Origin: Salisapilia sapeloensis CBS 127946
Lineage: Eukaryota; Protista; Oomycota
Reading direction: 5' to 3'
Length of the DNA stretch: 64,000 nt
Assembly: GCA_023334545.1 (NCBI GenBank)
Contig: JAADVB010000062.1
Span: 18,346-82,345, forward strand
The notes beneath the pieces were generated by a model. The model did no database searches and was not told the origin of the DNA. It worked only from the letters and a program-made list of their open reading frames with translations. Positions 34,489-46,824 of this stretch are shown here, in pieces (the stretch's first letter is position 1; each line of letters begins with the position of its first letter). A program made the translations under genes and the position numbers.

Positions 34489-35236
34489 TTGGCGAGTGGC
34501 GCGGCTCTGAAGCTCCAGCCCAGGTCTTTCTGCCGTTCGAGTGCACGAAATGAGGAAGCAATTGGAAATAAAACTGCTAGGTGTATTTTCAGCCAATCCA
34601 AAGCCTTGTTGGAAGAGTTTCCACGAATCGCAATGTGGTGGAAACTTCAAATTGAAGTACTCGCAACCTCTGCCATGAGGAGCGCTTGGACATGGCTACG
34701 AGTGTCAAAGACAGTGCTTTTTGATGGTCTTATACCAGACGAGGTACGTTGCTCCTATCGAACAAGATGATTTGCCCCTTCGCGTGCAGGTACTTCTGCT
34801 CATGATCGACCGTCCTAAAACTTTTCCTGCCGGCATCGGAAGATTCGCCAGCTTCCTATGTTCACTAACGCCACTGTACTACGACTTGCCGTCTGAGAAA
34901 AATGCGTCATCCTTTCGGACTCATCTCATCTAACACCCGAGCTCTGCGCTGTGCCCGTTCTCCGAACTTCCGTCCAGCGTTGGAAATTACTCGTCGGTGC
35001 AACCGTCAAATAAGATTCCATTCGAGTCTCTATATGACTGGAGGTGGATGAAATCATGAACATACAGCTGGGATGAAACGCGAAAGTGAGAGGTGCTAGA
35101 GGCTTGCGTCGTGTTGTGCTCCCATTTCCACCTACTACAGTCAACATAGCAAAACTCTATTTCATTTTCGTGCACTCGACATTTCGTCATCCACACAAGT
35201 AGAGGCGGCTCACTTGGAGTTACTAGTCCAGCATTC
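34489..35236 (+). pseudogene. Apparent disrupted 5' portion of the downstream LRR gene
   Basis: Protein-like segments (LEEFPRIAMWW...SAWTWLRV...PDE/VLLLMIDRPKTFP; ALDISSSTQVEAAHLELL) lie in different frames with stops (e.g. TAA 34931-34933). Confidence 0.35.
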
Positions 35237-37114
35237 ATGCCCGAAAACGATAAAATCATGTTGCTCTGTCCAGACGAAGCTGAGTTACAGGGACTGACGC
35301 ACTCTTTCAAGTCGCTCGAGTCCGAGACCGAGTCGGAACAAGACCCGCCGCCATGTGCCTGTGACTACCGGTTGGAGAACCGTTGCTCGTTTCATCGAGA
35401 CGAGTACTATGGACTGCACTTTGAGCTCGACAGTGACTGTCGAGATCTCAAGCATCTCATGGAGCAGATACAGGAACATGAAGTCCGCCAATACGTATAC
35501 AACGACAAGCTAGTCGGACACGTCGTGGAGTATCTGCACTTTCGACGCTATCAAGTGACCGTCGCCCAGATCCAAGCGATCACGCAGCTAGTTCAAAAGC
35601 GACTTTCCAATGTACGCAGTCTGCAGTTCGTAGACACGTTCCAAGCAAATTTCCTCAAGCTCCAGTGCGTCCCGTTCCGACATTTCTTCTGTACTGCCTT
35701 TAACGTCCGACCTCGACGTAAAGTCACATCACCAGGGATGTCAAGTCAAACTCATCCCAAAGGCTCCTTGAAACAGTTCATAGTGCGAGAATCTGCACTC
35801 GGAAACTCCTTCTTCGCCGCCATCGGTTCCGCTTTGCACTACTCGAACGCCATCACCGAGCTGGAGCTTCAGCAGATTCTTGACCCTACAAATCTTCCGA
35901 CCACCGACCTCCACTTGTGCTGGGGATGGCTAGTCTTCGGTCTCTTCCATCCGAACTCGTCTGCCAGAGTCTCCCACTTGGATCTCTCGCGCAACCTCCT
36001 GTCCATGGAAAACCTTCGATTCGTCGAAGGCGTCATGTCCGGTGGACACCCAGCCCAGGTGCTGCTCGTGCACACCTATGTGGCTGCGCTACGTCGCTAC
36101 GGCAAGTCACCAGAGCATCGTCAGCTCAAGCAAAGCACTCGCAAGACACTGATGAACGGCATTCCTCGGACACGAATGTTCGCGCTCATGCGTGCGAGCA
36201 CACCGTTCCGACCATTGCCAGCGACAGGTGCTGTGGAGGATCATATTCTCCAAGGCCTCGTGACCGAACGAGAGCAGCTGGAAGTCTTCTGTAGGCTCAA
36301 GAGATGGGTTTGTCTCGTTGTCCCTGGGTACGGACTGGCGTGGGCACCTGCAGAGTACGTTGTCGAAGTAAAGGAAGTACCCATGTCGCTTCGCACAAGC
36401 TCTCCTGCTGCACTGCTCAAGACAGCCAAGTTCTGGCACATGATCGAGCCAGACGACCGTGCTTCTGTCGTACCGTACGTTGTGCTCTTCCTGCAGATGA
36501 CAGGTGCAAGCGAAAGACTGGACGGACTGAATGTCAGTGAAAATCGCATCGGATGCGCAGATACTTTTGGTGCGCAGGCGTGGGAAGTCTTCCATCGCAT
36601 CCTGCATTCCTGTCCGAACTTGACGTCGCTTAATCTGAGCAATTGTGAGCTGAACGACATGTCACCTCTCGTTGATGCGTACAGAAGAGGAGAGTCGAGG
36701 CTTCGGGAGCTCATTCTAGACAACAACCACATCGGTTTCCAAGGCTCTCTCGATCTGGCCATGCTACTTATTGGTGGTAACGCACCAAATAAACAGGAGA
36801 AAGCGACGAAGAAACTAGTCGCAGCGAATTTAGAAGTGCTCAGCCTGCTCTTCAATAACATCGAGTCGAGTGGAGTCCGGACGTTGCTTGAAGCACTCAA
36901 GTTTAATCAATCGATTCGGCATTTAGGCATCGACTATGGAAATACACTACCACCGGAGCTCGGGATGTTTGAGTTTCCAGCCGAAGCGTCGCAGTGGGGT
37001 GCCCTTCACTTGTTCGAACGAATAGAAGTCGTGCGTGCGTTCGAGGCGTTCCAAGGTGCGACGAATATCGATCCTGATGTCATGCTGCTCATGTGGGACT
37101 TGCTCGACTATTGA
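35237..37114 (+). CDS. RNI-like leucine-rich repeat protein
   Basis: 625-aa ORF with LRR units HLDLSRNLL, GLNVSENRI, SLNLSNCEL, ELILDNNHI and VLSLLFNNI. Confidence 0.75.
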   Translation: MPENDKIMLLCPDEAELQGLTHSFKSLESETESEQDPPPCACDYRLENRCSFHRDEYYGLHFELDSDCRDLKHLMEQIQEHEVRQYVYNDKLVGHVVEYLHFRRYQVTVAQIQAITQLVQKRLSNVRSLQFVDTFQANFLKLQCVPFRHFFCTAFNVRPRRKVTSPGMSSQTHPKGSLKQFIVRESALGNSFFAAIGSALHYSNAITELELQQILDPTNLPTTDLHLCWGWLVFGLFHPNSSARVSHLDLSRNLLSMENLRFVEGVMSGGHPAQVLLVHTYVAALRRYGKSPEHRQLKQSTRKTLMNGIPRTRMFALMRASTPFRPLPATGAVEDHILQGLVTEREQLEVFCRLKRWVCLVVPGYGLAWAPAEYVVEVKEVPMSLRTSSPAALLKTAKFWHMIEPDDRASVVPYVVLFLQMTGASERLDGLNVSENRIGCADTFGAQAWEVFHRILHSCPNLTSLNLSNCELNDMSPLVDAYRRGESRLRELILDNNHIGFQGSLDLAMLLIGGNAPNKQEKATKKLVAANLEVLSLLFNNIESSGVRTLLEALKFNQSIRHLGIDYGNTLPPELGMFEFPAEASQWGALHLFERIEVVRAFEAFQGATNIDPDVMLLMWDLLDY

Positions 37115-37633
37115 GTCGATGCAATTATGTATAGTAGGAGTTGTTTAAAGGAGCGCTAGTAAATGCAGGCGAGGAGCTGGGCGTGTCGAGAGTAGATGTC
37201 GCCCAGAGGGAGGTGGATAGCAGCGTTCAATAGATACGAAATCGGTTATAGTTGAAGTACGATTTGATCGATTAGAAGCATTTTGCTTTCAACGTGATCT
37301 GTTGCCTATTGTGAGCTTCGTAGAGAAGCGAAATGTAGCAAGTGTAGACTGCCCACATTCGAGTGCCGACACTGTGCATCCTAACGCCGTTTTCTTAGTA
37401 CCATCCATCTACAGACTATAGAGCAAAATAGCAATTTCTGGTCGCTTCGACGGCGATGTGGCTACCACTAGGGATCATTCGTGTCTGGTCTCCTATAACT
37501 GGCCCTGCTCCACGCAAGAGCAAGCATCGTCTCGATGTCCTGATACGTTTATCTCGGTAGAGCATCAAAGAAAAGAATAAAGAAAAGAAAAGAAAGCGCT
37601 GGCTTGACAACACAACAAGCACAAGCAGCCACC

Positions 37634-38237
37634 ATGAAGATGGAGCTCTCTTCACGAATGCTTTTGCTCATCTTCCTCTTCGGAATGGTCTCTCGCTCCT
37701 TCATCAAGGTATCTTCTAATATCAGTATGCGTAGAATTGGATCGTAGAGCTAACCTTTGGAGCGCATAGTCGACGTTCGGCTCCAACGCGTCCATCGTGC
37801 TGCTAGTGATCATTGCCCTGTTTTACTACAACGCTCGACAGCGTGAGCAAGAGCGATCTGTGTATGACGACATTTTGGAAAAGCAGGACCAAGCTCACGC
37901 GAAACTACTTGCGTTGGAAGGCAAGGGAGATGAAGCTATGATGAGTATGTCCATGCGCCCGACGTCCTTTAAGCTGGAACCGAACGAAATCTCCCTCATT
38001 ACCGAACGCATGAACAAATACTCGAGCAAACTAGGTGGTGCTCCCAGCGACCGTCGCAAATTCCTTCGTCGTAACATCCGGAGAGCATACCTTCGCAATG
38101 AAGACGGAGACGTTGTGATTGACGATGACAAGAATGCCATTCCTATCGGATCTTCGAAAGACCCAACGAGGAAAGAGCAGCGAAAGCAGAAGCGTATGGA
38201 GAAACTAGTCGAGGACGCAGTGGATGAAACGCTCTAG
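37634..38237 (+). CDS. Small membrane protein (two N-terminal hydrophobic segments), 2 exons
   Basis: MKMELSSRMLLLIFLFGMVSRSFIK is spliced (GT about 37708) to STFGSNASIVLLVIIALFYY, followed by a charged tail. Confidence 0.55.
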
Positions 38238-38401
38238 ACGGTAGTCTGTAGTCTTACGAAGATGTATACAATGAAAGCCTGCATGTTGCTCGATCCTACC
38301 AAACACTCCTGCTGGCTTTCTCATTTATATGACGCTGCAATGGAGCGAAGGTTTTCCAGATATACTTCCTTTGCAGATATTTCCACGTCCATCAGCGATA
38401 G

Positions 38402-40715
38402 CTACACATCCATTCGATTAATTATACGATGTTTGCTATGATCAACGAAGGTCTTTTGTACCTCTGCTTCTCGAGTCGCTCGCTCTGCGTCAGTCATGCC
38501 AAACTTCTCCAACAAGAACTTTTGCTTATGTTGCAACACTTCCTTCCTCCTTTCATTGATCTCTTCTTCAAATATCTTCACTTCATCTTCCATCTACCCA
38601 TTCACCTCGCTCATACCAATCGTCTACGTAGATGTTTGTATACTGCACGATTACCTTTCGTCTGTCGGCTTCCTGCTGGAGTTTATGCATTGCAAAGAAC
38701 ACGCGATCATCTCTCTATCGCCATCGATCGTTAGACAGCCATGTGTATACGTCTAACAGAGAAGGCTTATGTACCCATAGTAGCTCAAAGGCTCGTCGAA
38801 CGAGTGGTCGGGTGGTGACCGTACCTGCAGCTACGAGCTCTTTCAACCCACACGGCACTACGCCAATCGCTACGCTCTCCTATATTCCATGTCCACATAA
38901 CTCGTTAAAACCGATTATCCACTGGGACAAGGTCCAACATTGCCATGGCATACATTCGGTTGAAGAAACAGCACACTTTCATCGATGGATCGTACGAACA
39001 TTTGCTCTCCATCCGCCCTGCCGTTAAAGGGCGACAAGGCGAGGACTGGATCCGTCGTTCCATCCTTATCTCGCTTCTTTTTTACATATGCATTGTACGA
39101 CGAGACCTCCGGGCCACTTCCCATGCCACACACAGCTTCGAGACACTGCCACATACCCACGACATCCAGTTCTCGCTCTTCCGCAGACTGAGTGCTGTTT
39201 TTGTCTGATTGATGTTCACCGCTAGACTCAAGCTCTTGTAAAAATGATAAAAGTTGATTCGAGTGGGGGAGATGAGGAAGTGGGGCGTCAAGTGACAGTA
39301 GATGAACGAGATGCTGTTGCATCTCTTGCATGGACTCTGTGCAGATTTTTTCCACCAAAGCAACTCGTTCCTACGAAACATTACACATTCACTAGTCTGC
39401 TCATGCTTCGTTTGTGCAATATGTATGTTGGCCAGTACCTCGTGGTCGTGGACGTCTTGGAAACCTCGCTCTTTTAATCTCATGCATACAGCTCGAAGGT
39501 CAGACCACCAGTTTCCTGCGTGTTCTAGAACCTTTTCTTCAAGTTCAGAAAAGCTGTCCTCATCATAGTCGGTGCCCTCGTCCTGACGCGTTATTGCACT
39601 TAGGTCGATCCCTACTTCCCTCTGCGTATTGCAAAATATTATCAATGTTATCTGTACAGTGCATGGAATAATGTACCTCTATGACGCGTAGCTTTTGCTT
39701 TCCTGTGGTTGTGTCCACTTGTCCTTTGGATATACGCAACAGAACGCCGACAAAGTCCTCTCCTTGGACAACCATCTTCTTGCTCCACTGCGGAGTAGGA
39801 GCTTTGTGAGTAAGAAGTACGACATGAGCGATTTGCTCTTTGGTCACTGCATCTGTCCATCTTAAAAACTCTTCTAGCACTTCTGATTGCATGTCGTCTA
39901 AATCTCTCACAATAAGCACTACTGGAGAGTACGGTGCAGACTTTGGTTCTTCACTTCCTTCATCAGACTCCTCATTCCTAGACGCTTCTAATACTGTCTG
40001 AGGTTTGTTTGCTTCACGAAGAGCCTCCAAGACAGCAGGAAGCTTCCGTAGAAATGAATTTCTGTTCAAGCACATAGGCATCTATTAAAATGCTATTTTG
40101 CAATCTTATAATAACACACAACTGCGTACGTTTCGCGTGCACTAGCCGTTGGTGGTGTAAGCTTCAAATCAATGCCACGCTTGATTGTCGCTATACTTTG
40201 CATGAAGAGATCGAAGGCTCCTTCAGCTGCAAGTAGTTCTCGAAATGTTGTGTCGGTCGACTCATCAATAGAGCCTAAAGAAAAAAATTATGAGCATACC
40301 CATGTCAAATCTGTTGGTGTTGCGGATGCTATTGGACGTATGAATAATTTTGAATACCTAGAACAGGGGTAGAGCCGCCAAGGATGCTATTGAATTTGTA
40401 TTTAGTGAGATTGCATTTAAACTTCATAAGCCTGTGGACACCATACTTGTGATAGACTTGACCTGGGTTGTCACCGTTTGACATTGCTATAACAAATGGC
40501 ACCTTTGACGGCTTATCACTGTCACTGTTTGTCATGGTCAGCCACTCTGGCATGCTATATCCTTCCTCCATCGCTACTTTTCTGCCCAATACCTGTATCC
40601 TTTGCTTTGCAGACGATACCTGTCTTCGCTCATCGTATTCGTCTGCATATTTACCCAGTAAGACGGTGCCACCAGTAGCAACTAGGGCGCTTAAAGTCGC
40701 TCGATGCGACTTCAT
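38402..40715 (-). CDS. Yme2/RNA12-like protein, multi-exon
   Basis: PVVLIVRDLD...FLRWTDAVTKEQIAHVVLLT, VLEHAGNWWSDL, LSPFNG..DGE, and RPLVRRAFELL, in the order of recalled RNA12-domain motifs. C-terminal coiled coil. Confidence 0.5.
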
Positions 40716-41155
40716 CTTTCGTTGTCGATTTTAGTTGTCAAAATATTATAAATCTACGCTTTATCTCTAATTCGTCTAAAATATTTTATGATGTATATGA
40801 TTGGATTATAAATGCCTATTCATACGCTAAATTGCAAATGGTGTGCGCCAACAGTTTGACGCTCATTTCCAGATTTACCATCCGAGGTGGAAGCGCTGTC
40901 CATCGAGCCTGTAGGATGTAGAGACATATCAATTAGAATACGTGGCAAGTGATGTCTTTTTCTTTCTTGCAATGCAAGAAGTGAATTCCTCGTTTCTGAG
41001 CAGGCAGCGGCGCTGCAAAGCGCTGTTCGCTTGCATGAGACCAACTGTCACAGATTGAGCAGTGTGACTGATGCCTCTCCTAATTTAAAATACATTTCAT
41101 TCACACCTTTCCTTTTCCATGAACGCTTTCTATTAAATATTGACTCCATCTATCA

Positions 41156-43625
41156 CTACAGATACAGCTTCGACTTGCCTCGCGTCGTATCTGCGGACAA
41201 GAGGTCTCCACTGGAATCGTCTTCGGCAGTAGCGACGTGGTCTGAGGCTTCCAAGTCCTCTGTCGAGTCCATTTCGACGATCGGAGACATGGCTCGGCCT
41301 GTATACACCGCCAGACCGTCCACGACACTGTCGTCGTCAGCAACATCGTCACTTGATCCGGAGCTTTCCTCCTTCAACATGGCAATATGTCTCGTAGAGT
41401 CACTCGGAGACCTCTGATTGCTCTCGATCGAATGTATCTCTCTCCAGTATGAGTTGTCCTCTTTCGATTCACTGCTCTTCCGTCGAAACCAGAGCGACAG
41501 ACGATTCCCGACAGCACTTCCACGCCCACTGTTGTAAGCATTGGATTGGTTCCTAGCGGACGACAGCGCACGACGTCGTCCTGCGTTCGAGTGTTCACTC
41601 TGCAACTCACTCTCGAGTAGCTGACTGAGCTCCGTACGTCGATTGGACATGCTGTACAAGAGCGAGTTGTTCGGGATCATCCGTCGATTCGTGAGCGACA
41701 GATTATCAATGCACGTTTGCAGCCTCTCTGCAACGTTCGACGCAGACGGTCTCTTCTTTGGATCTTGACTCCAACACTCTTTTAGCAGGCCTATGATCTT
41801 GTCACTAGGTGCAGACGGTGGACAGGATGGAATCGGCGGTCGATCTCCTCCAAGCACAGCTTCTCTTACTTGAAAATCAAAGTTCAAATGCTCAAACGGA
41901 ATCGTACGAGCGTCTGTGCAGAGTTCCCACAAGACCATGCCGAATGAATACACGTCACTCGCACGCGTGTATATGCACTTGCCAGCATCCTGGAGTATCT
42001 CTGGAGCTACAGACCACACATTAGAATATGCATCCACGGAACTAAATGCATTTCAAAGTACCATTCCATCGCCAGGTGCCTGCGAATCCAGTGCCGTCCG
42101 CACCATAGGCTGTTCGGAAGACAGACGTAAGGTTCGACACATTCGTGCTGCCTTTTGCCTTCTCTGCCTGTCCTCGATGGACGACGTCAATGACTTTGGA
42201 AATACCAAAATCTGCTAGTTTCGCCTGCCAATTCTCCGTCACCAAAATGTTCGACGCCTTGAGATCTCGATGGATGTACGTCGGGTTCCTCGCATGGAGG
42301 TACACCAGTCCTTGTGCCACATGAGATGCCAGCATGAGTTTTTGCGGCCAAGGCAAACTGCTCTCTCTTAGTACGTCCTTCAGACTGCCTCTCGCACAAT
42401 ATTCGCTGATGATCCCGAGCTTGGAGCCGTAGTACCCGACTTGAAGGAATAACGTGATGTGCGGGTGACGCAGTCGAGCACACATCTCTGCTTCCTCCAA
42501 AAACGCATTCTCTGCGTCCTTGATGAACGTCTGGTAGAGGTCTAGATCATCATTTTCCCCTGTCTGCGGTGGCCGGATGACCTTGAGTGCCACATCAATG
42601 CCTAGCCACCTGCACTTATACACGACACCAGCTGCACCTTCCCCAATGCACTCCACGTCTGATAGGCCATCAAACTCCACTAGACTCGTATACCCATTGT
42701 TAATCTGTGCTCCATTCGGTGCTTTTGCAGCGGAAGGCACGCCATTGGAAGCGGAGGCACCTGTGATACGCATACACAGGTACGTCAGGATGGGTCGCAA
42801 GCCATATGTGAAGGCATTCCAGATTGGCACAAGGTACACGAGGACTTGCGGTACTAGCTTTAGGACGATACTGAGCTCATGGTCAGCGAATAAGACGCCA
42901 TACTTAATTGTTAAAACCACTAAAGGTAGATGTAAGGCTGTCGTCCAGAGCAAGTGACGAGTTATTCGGCCTTGGACCGAGAATATCTTTTGTTGTAGCG
43001 TCATCGAGAAGAGTGTGAGAAGCACGGACCCACATGTGATTGCAAACATGGCCGCAAGGTACGACCGGGCTACGATGCCTAAAACCGTTTCCTTTGCCTC
43101 TTGCATTGTGTTGTCCGAGTCCATAAATTGAGCCTGTAGTTTGGTCGTGAGGACGCTGTAGACGAGGCCGAGTGTCCATAACCCCGTCCAGAAGAGTTTG
43201 ATGTGGAATTTCGGAGTGCATCGCATCAGTATGAATGTAGCAATGCCCACGTTCCCAACCAAGTGTGTAAAGAGGCCCATGCGGTACACGCCGTGGATGA
43301 CGATTGCAGTTGGACTCGAGTTAGGCTGTGCGATGCGAAAGGCATTGTCCACTACGCTTAAGAGAACGAACCACCAGTCGGATAGTGACAAGGTGAAGAA
43401 GAGCAGGTCTGACACGGACAGTCGTAGTCTCCGGAAGAGTACAGACACACATGCGGAGCAGCACACAAGGGAGAAGCTGGCGATGCCAAGGAGCACCGCG
43501 GAGCTCGGGGACTCCGACGCCATGCGTGTGCTGAGAAATGTACTTGCTTTCATTATGCACTTGAAGCCAGTTTCCATTGGTGGAATTTGGGACGCGAACA
43601 GAAGTTTCCCACCTATTGCCGCCAT
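41156..43625 (-). CDS. GPCR-TKL bigram: 7TM domain fused to tyrosine-kinase-like kinase, 2 exons
   Basis: About seven hydrophobic segments ending IWNAFTYG, then IGEGAAGVVY, VALK, HRDLKASN, DFG and GTWRWNAPE (across intron 42007-42061). Confidence 0.8.
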
Positions 43626-44649
43626 GGCATCAAGTGCGGAGGCGTGCAGGACACGAAGAGGTATCCTAACAAACGGCGGAAGATTTACGAAGTGTAAAGC
43701 TACAGAGTCATAGTAAAGCCTTTTGAAAGCATGGAATGCAAGGTGGCAAATCGAGTATCCGAATGATAATTCAGCGCCGTACCACCATGCTCGTCATCGT
43801 ACCTACAAAGTCGAATTTAAACCTTTTCACCTATCGTCCATTTCCTCAGAGCTCGCTTGATTGATTTGCACGTGTTTTATACACCTCTTCCTTGATGCAA
43901 TGGGGAATGCAAAGGATCGCTTCAATTTTCGTGCCACTTCCTAGAATCCGTACGGTCATATCTCACAGCGCGCTTCCTCCGACTTTCTGTAACATCTACT
44001 CTCAGCTAAGATTGTAGTCTGCTTTATGCTACCTCTTGTGATAATATGAGTCTCTTTGGCATTTAATGACATTGGCAAAGTCATGGTGTCCTAGGCCAAG
44101 TGTCCAACCTACTTCTTTCCATTCTTGTCCTTTCATTCGTGCGCATGCAAAGACAGTAGCAGGTCAAGAGACTTCAAGCCAAAGCTTGATGTGAGAAGTA
44201 GATGAGAAGTTTTCTTGCATACAGGTGGAAATAAAGCTTGGGAGTACGGAAACACAGAGAGATATGTTGAGATGATTTGCTGGTCAACACTAGTTGCAGT
44301 TCATGCACATTCGATACAAGAAGCCTTCTAGTAGCTCCAATATCGCTAGTACAATGTGAAAGTTCACATAGATTGCCAGTGTATCATCTATACATGTAGT
44401 GCAGTGTTAAATTCCATTTCATCCTATTTTGACGTTTCCTTGTCCAGGTTTCCGGTAACCAAATTTTCTTTAGCGACTGGCATTTGTCATGGCGATCGTA
44501 CATTTAACAAACAAATACACTCGTTCACGTGTCAAAACATTCTATTGATACAATCTAACACCCATTGGTATGTACAGGCTACCTCCATGCGTATTCGCTC
44601 GGTATACATCTTACTAGACAATCTAAAAGCGTCGACTATGCGCTGCAAA

Positions 44650-45885
44650 TTATACCTTGCGCATTTTACCGGTCGTTGAGCGAGTTGCCTTCGCAGCAGT
44701 TTGATGCATTTGGCAGTGGTTTCCTTTTCGTACAGAACGAGTGCACCCAGACATCTCACACCGCCTGCCTCCGCCGTGGGAAATGCAATATCCGTTCCCT
44801 CGATCTTTCTTCGTACATCCGTCGAAGATGCAGCGACGGATACCTCCGTGTAAATAGCATAAGCCAAGTCGCTGCGTTCCTTTGTCACATCCGGGAACAC
44901 TGCACTTCTTACCGCCTCCATGCGCTCTACAAAGCCCTCCTCCCTGAGAACTTTTATGACAACCTTCCCTTTGGCAACGAGCACCGCCGCCATGCGTCTT
45001 GCATCGATTGTTTGACTGCGCTCTTCGAACGCATCCGTCCACCACACACTGTTTAGCTTTGCGAGGTGCCCTCAATGACTTTGATCCGTTCTCGCGTCCG
45101 AGAGACGATGGTGGAACGTATAAAGGATTCGGGATGATTGTACTGGCTGAGATGCTTGCATTACTGGTAGAAGGGAGCACAAAGGTCGCTGTCGACGGCG
45201 TATGCATGGACATTGGAATGTTGGACATGGTAGTTGCCAAGTGATTGCTGTACTGAGGATAACCCAAATGGAAAGAAGAGTGTGCGTTGTGATTCGCCAT
45301 TGCTGGTCCTGTTGGGTGAACCGCTCCCAACATGTTGGCACTCGGTGACGTCCCATTAATTGATCCAATTGACGACATGGATATGTTGCGTGATCGCGAG
45401 GCTCCACTGGCCACATCTTCCCATGTATCCCGCAGGAAAGTGTCAAAGGCCGGTGAAAGTGTTCTCGAGCCTCTTGTTTCTTCCTTTACGAATGGTGAAT
45501 GGGCTCCATGTCCGCCCAACTTGACGAAACTGTGTCGAGCTCCACTCTGATTGCCAATGGGGGCTGTAATGCGCATGGAGGTATTCATTTTCGAGTCTGC
45601 TCGAGGTGTCGGGAGCCCATCGGAGCTTATAACACTCAAAGCGTCCATCGAGTCCAAATCTGTTGCTCCTGTTGGTGTAGTACCAGGCAAGAGGTCTGTC
45701 AAGTTGGCAAAGTTGAGATCCATCTCTTCGTTCGATCCTCGCCGCGATATAGGTGTGTGGTGTCCAAAGTTGTCAAAGGATAGTACGTCTGCATCGAAAT
45801 CGAGGTACTCTGGCATTTCGACCGTCGAAGACGTGACGAAGGATTCTCGTCGATGATGGCGTGGGCTTCGAGCAGGATACGCCAT
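44650..45885 (-). CDS. Zinc-finger protein with CxxxxC...CxxHGG repeats (WRKY19-like C2HC), long disordered N-terminus
   Basis: About five tandem C-x4-C-x9/10-C-x2-HGG units at the C-terminus. ATG at 45885. Confidence 0.8.
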   Translation of the reverse strand: MAYPARSPRHHRRESFVTSSTVEMPEYLDFDADVLSFDNFGHHTPISRRGSNEEMDLNFANLTDLLPGTTPTGATDLDSMDALSVISSDGLPTPRADSKMNTSMRITAPIGNQSGARHSFVKLGGHGAHSPFVKEETRGSRTLSPAFDTFLRDTWEDVASGASRSRNISMSSIGSINGTSPSANMLGAVHPTGPAMANHNAHSSFHLGYPQYSNHLATTMSNIPMSMHTPSTATFVLPSTSNASISASTIIPNPLYVPPSSLGRENGSKSLRAPRKAKQCVVDGCVRRAQSNNRCKTHGGGARCQREGCHKSSQGGGLCRAHGGGKKCSVPGCDKGTQRLGLCYLHGGIRRCIFDGCTKKDRGNGYCISHGGGRRCEMSGCTRSVRKGNHCQMHQTAAKATRSTTGKMRKV

Positions 45886-46824
45886 GTCAGTTGTATCCAC
45901 AAACACTCGAGCGAGATAGATGTAGCTTTGGTGAAAAGCAGTTCGCGGTGGAGAGTTTAGTTGCGGAATGGCTGAAGACCGGTCATTTCCGCCGCGTTTC
46001 CTTCGGCCCGAGGACAGAACCAAGTGGACAGCTGGAGACATGCGATATATGTATGCAAACTGGTCCAGTCTGGTCGGAAGGGTAAGATGCGACTTCCGGT
46101 TGGACGAACCTCCGTCTCGTCTGAGCCGACCGGTTAGGTCTAGTCGATCGTCTCCATTTGGCTGACGCGAACACTTTGAATAAGAAATTAAGCAACGAGG
46201 AGCTATAATTAGGTTGTCGATCGTATCAATTGAAAATCATTCAGTGCGCCTGACCAAATGCCCGAACTATCTTGCGTTTTGATCGAGTTGTAGCAGAGAG
46301 AACTTGGCATGAAAGTATCTCGTAATGGTATTCACTGCTCTCTTGACAGGACATCAGATCTAACTACTTCAAGTACCTCCAGCCGTCTACACTGTGCATC
46401 TTGTAGTGCTATTTCATTGAATGTCAATTACACTAGTTATGGTGGCTAACTACTCCATCGTTGCGCAAAGCAACAGACGCTAATTATGGAGTCGAGTTAG
46501 AGATCCTGGTGTAGCAGTCCAGGGCTACTAGGTTGAAGATGACATGGCGATAACTGCCATGCAGCCAAAATGTGCGCATGGAAGATGACGAAACGGCTGA
46601 TCTTTGCGGCTTCCATATTTACCAACATTGGGCGTGACCGATCGTCACGTGTCCTCAAGCGACCGAAAAGTTGAATGCAGCTTTAATGTACCCACCTGGT
46701 AGTCTAGCGAGCCTGATGCCGAGTCAAGGTGAGTCAAGTCTATCGAGACCAGCTGCTAAAGAAAAGCTATCTTTCTTTTTCTTTCGCTGCGGTGACCACC
46801 ATCCCAATCAAAACTACGACGAGC

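Noticed and set aside
44532-45047. Alternative-frame ORFs overlapping the zinc-finger gene
   Set aside because: Off-frame or antisense to a clearly patterned C2HC repeat CDS.
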